NCBI GenBank assembly: GCA_035700455.1
Contig: DASSOO010000236.1
Coordinates: forward strand, 1-26,641
DNA length: 26,641 nucleotides
Origin: Gammaproteobacteria bacterium
Lineage (GTDB): Bacteria > Pseudomonadota > Gammaproteobacteria > Natronospirales > DASSBR01
Direction: 5' to 3'
The first letter of the stretch is position 1. The number at the start of each line of letters is the position of its first letter. Both the position numbers and the translations under genes were made by a program. Under the pieces are notes generated by a model. The model was not told where the DNA came from. It did not search any database and saw only the letters and a program-made list of their open reading frames with translations. Below, piece by piece: positions 8,605 through 18,481 of this stretch.

Positions 8605-8910
8605 AGAGAATATTCGACGGATGCCGCCGATGCCGACAAGCTGGTATGTCACATTTCAAAGATCGGCGGCACGCATATCAACAAGACGTTGCGTTGTGAG
8701 ACTAATCGGCAGTGGTGGCGCCGCGAAGAGGTGCAAGCCGTGCAAATGATGCTATCAAACATGGCCGGGCGAACCGGCGGCCTCGTCGCCGCGTTGCAGA
8801 CCCTGCATGGTCGGAACGCCGCATTCGCGATTCCGATCGACTACGGTCGGTTTCACGCCCTGATGAAGGCGCTGCCGGCAGGGCAGAAGGAGGTGAATAA
8901 TGAGCAATAA
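8413..8910 (+). CDS. Hypothetical secreted protein A (165 aa; signal peptide, C-x15-C motif)
   Basis: SD AAGGAGG; signal peptide MNNKFLIAALLGIVALPALSLA; motif DADKLVC-x15-CETNRQWW; conserved with three paralogues. Confidence 0.85.
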   Translation: MNNKFLIAALLGIVALPALSLAAQSQPAAQPVQKKVQLQGSSLGTITVTSSQIQALQAIKAALHREYSTDAADADKLVCHISKIGGTHINKTLRCETNRQWWRREEVQAVQMMLSNMAGRTGGLVAALQTLHGRNAAFAIPIDYGRFHALMKALPAGQKEVNNEQ

Positions 8911-9091
8911 ATTTCTGATAGCCGCACTTCTCGGTATTCTCGCACTGCCGGCACTTTCACTGGCCGCACAGTCGCAGCCGGCAGCGCAGCCGGTTCAAAA
9001 AAGGATTCAGTTGCAGGGCAGCTCGCTCGGCGCCATCACCGTCACCAGCAGCCAGATGCAGGCGTTGCAGGCGATCAAGGCGGCGTTGCAT
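8860..9091 (+). repeat. 232-bp direct repeat copy 2
   Basis: Partner of the 8373-8604 copy. Confidence 0.9.
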
Positions 9092-9403
9092 CGCGATTAC
9101 TCCATGAGTGGCAGGGATGCCGACAAACTGGTATGCCATATTTCCACGATCGGCAGTTCACACGTGAACAAGACGCTGACTTGCGAAACGAATCGGCAGT
9201 GGTGGCGGCGGGAAGAAGTCCAGGCGGTGCAGCTGAACATTTCCCGTATGGAAAGCAGAGAGTCGTCGCACCCTGTGCTACTGGCGCTCCAGGCTCTCAG
9301 GGGCCGCAACGTAGCATTCGAACTGCCTATCAACTACAGCCGATTTCACGCATTAATGAAAGCCGTACCGGAACCTGCAAGCGGCAAAGCCGGAGACCAA
9401 TAA
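8900..9403 (+). CDS. Hypothetical secreted protein B (167 aa), tandem paralogue of A
   Basis: SD AAGGAGG and a near-identical N-terminus. The C-terminal half keeps its amino-acid motifs despite many synonymous changes, which indicates purifying selection. Confidence 0.85.
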   Translation: MSNKFLIAALLGILALPALSLAAQSQPAAQPVQKRIQLQGSSLGAITVTSSQMQALQAIKAALHRDYSMSGRDADKLVCHISTIGSSHVNKTLTCETNRQWWRREEVQAVQLNISRMESRESSHPVLLALQALRGRNVAFELPINYSRFHALMKAVPEPASGKAGDQ

Positions 9404-9409
9404 ACAGGC

Positions 9410-9943
9410 TTACAGGCACTTCGCCAGCGGCTCGTGCGGCAGCTTGGCCATCAGCGCCTTGATCTTCGACGAATTGACTTCGGGCAGATTCGCCGCAAGC
9501 AGCGAAGCTGACGCCACGCCGTGGCTGCTGCGCAGCATCGACCCGATGCCGGGGCGCGGCGCTGTCCTGGCGTTCTCGTACTGGGCCGTGATCTGCGCAT
9601 TGGTAGCGCACCAAAGATGATTCGCAAGATGGCTGCCGGTGACCTTGACGAACCGGCACACGAGCAGGTCGGCGTCGGCCGGGCTGGTCGAATAAGCGCG
9701 GTCCAGCGCGAACTTGATCGTGTCGAGAATGCAGATCGGCGTGAGCTTGCGGCCGTTGACCGTGATCTGCCCCAGGTTTTCGCTGTGCCGCGCGGCGCCC
9801 GCCCCGGCGGGGGCGGGCACTACTTGCGTCGTTGGAATATCGGCAGCGCCGGCGAACGCGGCCTCCGGCGCGATGAACAGCGGGCCCAGCACAAGCGGGA
9901 GCGCCAAGCTTTTGATTACATGGAACTTGCTGAAACGGGCCAT
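9410..9943 (-). CDS. Hypothetical secreted protein D (177 aa), divergent inverted paralogue
   Basis: LGQITVNG...IKFALDRAYSTSPADADLLVC-x15-CATN...KIKALMAKLP aligns with A/B LGTITVTS...IKAALHREYSTDAADADKLVC-x15-CETN...RFHALMKALP. It has an AGGA SD and a signal-peptide-like N-terminus. Confidence 0.8.
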   Translation of the reverse strand: MARFSKFHVIKSLALPLVLGPLFIAPEAAFAGAADIPTTQVVPAPAGAGAARHSENLGQITVNGRKLTPICILDTIKFALDRAYSTSPADADLLVCRFVKVTGSHLANHLWCATNAQITAQYENARTAPRPGIGSMLRSSHGVASASLLAANLPEVNSSKIKALMAKLPHEPLAKCL

Positions 9944-9978
9944 CGGTTGCGTCCTGCTGTTTTGGGATTCCGTTACTG

Positions 9979-10007
9979 AATATGTGACCCCTGAATGGCC
10001 TTGTCAA
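9979..10007 (-). promoter_or_regulatory. Sigma70-like promoter for protein D (TTGACA-N17-CATATT)
   Basis: TTGACA at 10007..10002, 17-nt spacer, CATATT at 9984..9979. Confidence 0.55.
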
Positions 10008-10015
10008 ATCCTGTG

Positions 10016-10044
10016 TTGACACTCGGGGCGCGATTTCCCATACT
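10016..10044 (+). promoter_or_regulatory. Sigma70 promoter of the metF-metH leader (TTGACA-N17-CATACT)
   Basis: Consensus -35, 17-nt spacer and CATACT; predicted TSS near 10051. Confidence 0.75.
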
Positions 10045-10063
10045 TAAACCGTCCTTCAGGGAC

Positions 10064-10113
10064 CGCGCCGATTTGATGATCAGCTTGCGGGCGCGCTAAA
10101 AGTACCGCTAAAG
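10064..10113 (+). ncRNA. SAM-II (SAM_alpha-type) riboswitch aptamer 1
   Basis: P1 CGCGCC/GGCGCG, with GATTT, TTGC, TAAA and GCTAAAG in SAM-II order; upstream of methionine genes. Confidence 0.85.
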
Positions 10114-10120
10114 AGGTGCC

Positions 10121-10154
10121 ACCCGCTTTAGCTCAAGCTGAATGCGGGTTTTTT
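10121..10154 (+). terminator. Intrinsic terminator forming the expression platform of aptamer 1
   Basis: ACCCGC-TTTAGC-tcaa-GCTGAA-T-GCGGGT followed by a T run (10149-10154). Its 5' arm CTTTAGC is complementary to aptamer GCTAAAG. Confidence 0.8.
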
Positions 10155-10164
10155 GTTGCCCGCG

Positions 10165-10224
10165 CTCGCCGAGTTTCGTGACGCGTTTGCGGGGCGAGAT
10201 AGAAATACTGCTAAAGGCGCGTCA
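10165..10224 (+). ncRNA. SAM-II-like riboswitch aptamer 2 (tandem)
   Basis: P1 CTCGCC/GGCGAG (10165-70/10193-98), GAGTTT, TTGC and GCTAAA (10210-15). A perfect 7-bp pseudoknot pairing TGACGCG/CGCGTCA lies at 10179-85/10218-24. Confidence 0.75.
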
Positions 10225-10237
10225 AAGGCGCTTGAAA

Positions 10238-11190
10238 ATGACAGATGCGAAGGATTGCGCGCCGCGCTCCGGCTCCGGCCGGGTGCGGGTTTCATTCGAA
10301 TTCTTTCCACCAAAGACCCGCGACATGGAGACGGCACTGTGGGGTGCGATTCAGCATCTCGCACCGCTCGCGCCGGATTTCGTCTCGGTGACCTACGGCG
10401 CCGGCGGTTCGACGCGCGAACGCACGCATGCGACTGTTGAACGCCTCCGCCGCGAGACTGAACTCGAACCGGCGGCGCATCTGACTTGCGTCGGCGCAAC
10501 GCGCGCTGAGATCGACGCGGTCGCCGAGCGTTACTGGGAGGCGGGCATCCGCCACGTGGTCGCGCTGCGCGGCGACCCTCCGGCCGGCGCAACGCGCTTC
10601 GTGCCGCATCCGGGCGGTTATACGCGCGCTGCCGAACTGGTCGCCGGCCTGAAGCGCATCGGCGACTTCGAAGTCAGCGTCGGCGCGCATCCGGAAACGC
10701 ACCCCGATGCAGCTTCGCCGGAAGCCGACCTGGACAATCTCAAGGCGAAGATCGACGCCGGTGCGAGCCGCGCGATTACACAATACTTTTTCGATGCCGA
10801 CGTATACTTGCGGTTTCGCGACCGCGTACGTGCGGCCGGCATCGATGCGCCGTTGGTGCCGGGAATTCTGCCGGTAACGAATTTCACACAGGTGCTCAAG
10901 TTCAGTGCCGCCTGCGGCGCCAGCGTGCCGAAGTGGCTCGCGAAGCTGTTCGACGGGCTCGACGACGAGCCGGAAACGCGTCAACTGGTCGCCGCGAGCG
11001 TCGCCGCGGAGCAGTGCCGGCGCCTCAAGGCCGAAGGCGTACACGAGTTTCACTTCTATACTCTCAACCGCGCGGCGCTGACGGTCGCAATCTGTCGCGT
11101 GCTGGGGCTCAAACCGCGTGAAAGCGGCGTCAGCCGCGAATCCGCCGTGCCGGCCATTGCAGCGGAAGCTACTCCTACCGGATCGTTCTG

Positions 11191-11191
<1 letters not shown>
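10238..11191 (+). CDS. metF: 5,10-methylenetetrahydrofolate reductase MetF
   Basis: [40 protein letters not shown] and FHFYTLNR. The ORF-track start at 10142 lies in the terminator/riboswitch, so ATG 10238 is preferred. Confidence 0.97.
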
Positions 11192-14895
<3,704 letters not shown>

Positions 14896-14914
14896 CGCAC
14901 GCCGGAACGCGGCG

Positions 14915-15379
14915 TCAGCCGAGCGCTTTTGCCGCCTCCAGCACTTCCGCCGCGTGGCCCGGCGCCTTGACCTTGCGCCATTCCTGGCGCAGTACGCCGT
15001 TTCCGTCGATCAGGAAGGTGCTGCGCTCGATGCCCATTACCTTCTTGCCGTACATGTTCTTTTCCTTGATGACGTCGAACATGCCGCACAGCGTTTCGTC
15101 GGTATCTGAAATCAGGTCGAACGGAAAGTTCTGCTTGGCCTTGAAGTTTTCGTGCGACTTGACGCTGTCGCGCGAGACGCCGACGACGACGGTGTTGAGC
15201 TTTTTGAACTTGTCGTGCAGGTCGCGGAACTCCTGGCCCTCGATCGTGCAACCGGGCGTCGCATCTTTTGGATAGAAGTACAGCACGACATTCTTGCCGG
15301 CAAAATCTTTGAGGCCTAGCGTTTTCTCGCCGGTGGCCGGCAGTTTGAATTGCGAAACTTTTTTACCCACGCTTACCAT
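14915..15379 (-). CDS. bcp: Peroxiredoxin Bcp/PrxQ
   Basis: YFYPKDATPGCTIE, GVSRD and ERSTFLID; SD AAGGAGA. Confidence 0.95.
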   Translation of the reverse strand: MVSVGKKVSQFKLPATGEKTLGLKDFAGKNVVLYFYPKDATPGCTIEGQEFRDLHDKFKKLNTVVVGVSRDSVKSHENFKAKQNFPFDLISDTDETLCGMFDVIKEKNMYGKKVMGIERSTFLIDGNGVLRQEWRKVKAPGHAAEVLEAAKALG

Positions 15380-15472
15380 GACGATCTCCTTGAACGTGTA
15401 ATAACTTTTACGCCGCTCCCGCAGGAGCGGTCTGCAGATTGCGATTCCCTGAAATCCTCCAGGACCAGGGCC

Positions 15473-16003
15473 TTAGTTTTTCATCGGCTCGATAATCGCG
15501 TCCAGATTGATCCGGTCGCAGAGGTCCATAAATTCTTCGCGCAAGGCGGCGATGGCGGTGTCGGTCGGAATTGCGACGACCATCTGGATCGCGAACAGCG
15601 GCGCGCCGGTCTGCGGTGCCGGATAGGCGCGCGTGCTCATTTCCGAAATCTGAATTTCGCGCTCGATGAAAAAATCGGCCAGGTGATGCACGATGCCGGC
15701 GCGGTCCGCGGCGATCGCGTCTATGGCGTATGGAATGAGTTCCTGGCGCGACGGGCGTTCGTGGCTGCGGTGCGCGGTAATTTCGAGTTCGAGCGTTTCT
15801 TCGAGGCGTGGCAGCATGGCTTCGAGCCGCGCGATATTGTTCCAGCTTCCGCCGGCGAGCAGTTGCAGCGCGAATTCCTCGCCGAGCAGCGTCATGCGGC
15901 TGTCCTTGACCTGGCAGCCGCTGTCGAGCACCGCGCGGGTGACTTCGCGCAGCAGGCCGGGACGCTCCTTCCCGAGCACGGAAATAGCCAGGTACTGTTT
16001 CAT
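15473..16003 (-). CDS. gcvR: GcvR-like double ACT-domain regulator
   Basis: MKQYLAISVLGKERPGLL...SRMTLLGEEFA...ADRAGIVHHLADFF; canonical bcp-gcvR / dapA synteny. Start set at ATG 16003. Confidence 0.85.
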   Translation of the reverse strand: MKQYLAISVLGKERPGLLREVTRAVLDSGCQVKDSRMTLLGEEFALQLLAGGSWNNIARLEAMLPRLEETLELEITAHRSHERPSRQELIPYAIDAIAADRAGIVHHLADFFIEREIQISEMSTRAYPAPQTGAPLFAIQMVVAIPTDTAIAALREEFMDLCDRINLDAIIEPMKN

Positions 16004-16036
16004 TTTGTTTGTGGGATTGAGAAACCGCACAGTTTA

Positions 16037-16064
16037 GCCGGTGGCGGCTGCCGCCGCCACCGGC
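16037..16064. repeat. Perfect 12-bp palindrome with a 4-nt loop
   Basis: GCCGGTGGCGGC-TGCC-GCCGCCACCGGC. Confidence 0.8.
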
Positions 16065-16066
16065 GA

Positions 16067-16185
16067 CAGGTAATGGGTAATAGGTTGTGGGTTATAGGAA
16101 GAGTTAAGACGGGCAGGCTGACGAGCACCATTTTTCTTGTCTGACTCTTCTTACCTGTGACCTATAACCTGTAACCCATTACCTG
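16067..16185. repeat. Heptamer inverted-repeat element 3 in the gcvR/dapA divergent spacer
   Basis: CAGGTAA TGGGTAA TAGGTTG TGGGTTA TAGG on the left and ACCTGTG ACCTATA ACCTGTA ACCCATT ACCTG on the right. The outer 12 bp pair perfectly, and an inner GAAGAGT/ACTCTTC pair is present. Confidence 0.85.
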
Positions 16186-16204
16186 CGGCCCCCTCACGCC
16201 ACCC

Positions 16205-16233
16205 TTGCGACCCGCGCGCTCGGGCCTTACCAT
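16205..16233 (+). promoter_or_regulatory. Sigma70 promoter of dapA (TTGCGA-N17-TACCAT)
   Basis: Near-consensus hexamers with a 17-nt spacer, 30 nt upstream of the ATG. Confidence 0.6.
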
Positions 16234-16263
16234 GCGAACCTTTCATCTCCGGATACAGGCCGC

Positions 16264-17139
16264 ATGTTCCACGGCAGCATGGTCGCGCTGGTGACGCCGA
16301 TGACGGCCGGCAGCGACGTCGACATGGAGGCGTTGGAGCGCCTGATCGAATTTCATGTCGAGAACGGCACCGACGCGCTGGTGCCGGCCGGCACGACCGG
16401 CGAGTCGGCGACGTTGATGACACCCGAACATATCAACTACCTGCGCGCGGTCGTGAAGCTGGTGCGGGGCCGGTTGCCGGTAATCGCGGGTACCGGTTCC
16501 AATTCGACCGCCCAGACGCTCCACCTGACGCGTGAAGTCGCAAAAATCGGTGTCGATGCCTGTCTGCTCGTGGTGCCGTATTACAACAAGCCGCCGCAGG
16601 AAGGCTTGTATCAGCACTTTCATACGATCGCTAACGCGGTCGACATACCTCTGGTTCTGTACAATGTGCCGAGCCGTACCGCCTGCGACCTCTTGCCGGA
16701 AACGGTGGAGCGGCTGGCACGCGTCGTAAATATCGTCGGCATCAAGGAAGCTACCGGCGACATCGGCCGGGTCCGCGAACTGCGGACGCGCTGCGGCGAG
16801 GAGTTCGAACTCTACAGCGGCGACGACGCGACGGCGATGGAGTTTGTGCTGGCCGGCGGTGACGGCGTCGTATCGGTTACTGCCAACGTCGCGCCGCGCC
16901 TGATGCATGAAATGATCGCCGCGGCGCGCGCGGGCGAGCGCGAGCGTGCCGAGGAACTCGACGCGAAGTTGCGGCCGCTGCACCGGGCGTTGTTTACCGA
17001 AACCAATCCGATTCCGGCAAAATGGGCGCTTGCCGAGATGGGTCTCATCGGTAGCGGCATTCGCCTGCCGCTTGTGCCGCTGTCGGGTTCGCACCAGCCG
17101 GCGGTGCGCGCCGCACTCACCGCGGCCGGCTGCGTATGA
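16264..17139 (+). CDS. dapA: 4-hydroxy-tetrahydrodipicolinate synthase
   Basis: GTTGES, VIAGTGSNST, PYYNKP, LYNVPSRT, GIKEATG, SGDD and NPIPAK. Confidence 0.97.
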   Translation: MFHGSMVALVTPMTAGSDVDMEALERLIEFHVENGTDALVPAGTTGESATLMTPEHINYLRAVVKLVRGRLPVIAGTGSNSTAQTLHLTREVAKIGVDACLLVVPYYNKPPQEGLYQHFHTIANAVDIPLVLYNVPSRTACDLLPETVERLARVVNIVGIKEATGDIGRVRELRTRCGEEFELYSGDDATAMEFVLAGGDGVVSVTANVAPRLMHEMIAAARAGERERAEELDAKLRPLHRALFTETNPIPAKWALAEMGLIGSGIRLPLVPLSGSHQPAVRAALTAAGCV

Positions 17140-17164
17140 GTTGCGTTTTCTGCAAAGGTTGCCA

Positions 17165-17461
17165 ATGAAAAACTGGATTCTTCCGGCCGCCGCTCTCGCG
17201 GCCGCCGCCGTTTTGGCCGGCTGCGCTTCGTCGCCTTGCCGCGACGTACTCGATTATCGGAGCGCGCGTCAGGCCGCACCGCCGACGATTCCGCAAGGAA
17301 TGGCGCCGCTTGCACCCGATGTCGCCTATGACATTCCGTCCGGCAAGTTTGCTACCGAAAACCCGAAAACGAAGGCGCAGTGCATCGCTTACCCACCGCA
17401 GGTGGTGAAGCCGGGCGAGAAGGCGGAGCCGGCGGAGCCGGCGGAGCCAGTGAAAGAATAG
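17165..17461 (+). CDS. 98-aa outer-membrane lipoprotein resembling the BamC/NlpB N-terminus
   Basis: Lipobox LAGC; DYRSA...PPTIPQGM.P....YDIP resembles the BamC N-terminal loop; located directly after dapA, as bamC is in enterobacteria. Confidence 0.7.
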   Translation: MKNWILPAAALAAAAVLAGCASSPCRDVLDYRSARQAAPPTIPQGMAPLAPDVAYDIPSGKFATENPKTKAQCIAYPPQVVKPGEKAEPAEPAEPVKE

Positions 17462-17484
17462 CGGCGTGTGGCGGCGGCTGTGCT

Positions 17485-17581
17485 GCGGGTTCGGGCTTAG
17501 TGGTTCGAGGTTAGCGGAAGAAGAAGAGCGAGCGACAGCGTGAATTCGGCTCGGTCCACCACTAACCACTAACCACTAACC
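17485..17581. repeat. Heptamer inverted-repeat element 4 between convergent genes, overlapping the lipB 3' end
   Basis: Degenerate left units GCGGGTT CGGGCTT AGTGGTT CGAGGTT, a GAA-rich arm, and ACCACTA x3 plus ACC on the right (17558-17581). Confidence 0.8.
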
Positions 17582-18212
17582 TTTCTTCCGTTTCATATCC
17601 CAGCCTTTCCAACAGGTGCGGCTTGAGGTCCGCGGCGACGCGGGCGACGTCGGCGGGGCCGCCGAGGTCCGCGACCTGCGTCACTTCCAGGCCGGCGTAG
17701 CCACAGGGATTGATGCGTGTGAACGGCGAAAGGTCCATAGCGATGTTGAACGCGAGGCCGTGATAGCTCCAGCCGCGGCGGATGCGCAGGCCCAGTGCCG
17801 CAATCTTGCGACCATCGACGTAGACGCCGGGTGCGTCGCGGCGTGAGACAGCCACGATGCCGTAACCCGCGAGGGTGTCGATCACCGATTGCTCCAGCGC
17901 CATCACCATTTGGCGTACGCCGAGCTTGAGACGCCGCAGGTCGAGAATCGGGTAGACAACGAGCTGGCCCGGGCCGTGGTACGTGACCTGGCCGCCGCGG
18001 TCAATGTTGACGACCGGGATATCGCCTGGCGCGAGCACATGCTCGGATTTGCCGTTAAGCCCGAGCGTGTAAACCGGCGGGTGTTCGAGGAACCAGATTT
18101 CGTCCGGCGCACCGGCTTCGTGCGCAGCATTTTCGGCCTGCATGCGCCGCCACAGCGGCACGTAGTCCTGCAGGCCGAAGTCGCGGAGGATCGGCGGCGC
18201 GAGTGCGTTCAC
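17562..18212 (-). CDS. lipB: Octanoyltransferase LipB
   Basis: [40 protein letters not shown] and INPCG. Confidence 0.96.
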   Translation of the reverse strand: MNALAPPILRDFGLQDYVPLWRRMQAENAAHEAGAPDEIWFLEHPPVYTLGLNGKSEHVLAPGDIPVVNIDRGGQVTYHGPGQLVVYPILDLRRLKLGVRQMVMALEQSVIDTLAGYGIVAVSRRDAPGVYVDGRKIAALGLRIRRGWSYHGLAFNIAMDLSPFTRINPCGYAGLEVTQVADLGGPADVARVAADLKPHLLERLGYETEERLVVSG

Positions 18213-18481
18213 AAGACGACCAGTATACGCTCGTCGGCACTGAGCGCCCGGTACAGATCGTCGAGCTGCGCGCGGCTGGAGGCACGAATGGTGACGGTCA
18301 GCGAGATGTAGCGGCCCTGCTGCGACGCGCGCGGTACGAAGGCGAGCTGGTCTTGGGGCGGCACATGGCGGTCGACGATAGTGCGCACGTGCGTATCGAA
18401 CCCTGGCAGCGCGCGACCCATGATCTTGAGCGGGAATTCGCAGGGAAATTCCAGCAGCTCGTCGCCGGAATCAGAAGTCAC
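18209..18481 (-). CDS. ybeD: YbeD/DUF493 family protein
   Basis: [13 protein letters not shown]...[13 protein letters not shown]; GTG 18481 overlaps the dat stop (GTGA). Confidence 0.9.
   Translation of the reverse strand: MTSDSGDELLEFPCEFPLKIMGRALPGFDTHVRTIVDRHVPPQDQLAFVPRASQQGRYISLTVTIRASSRAQLDDLYRALSADERILVVL

Noticed and set aside
10142-10237. 32-aa N-terminal extension of MetF
   Set aside because: It begins inside the terminator and overlaps riboswitch aptamer 2; it is not MetF-like.
15380-15472. Hairpins between gcvR and bcp (CCGCTCC-cgca-GGAGCGG)
   Set aside because: No U-tract and no riboswitch motif; likely an ordinary mRNA structure.
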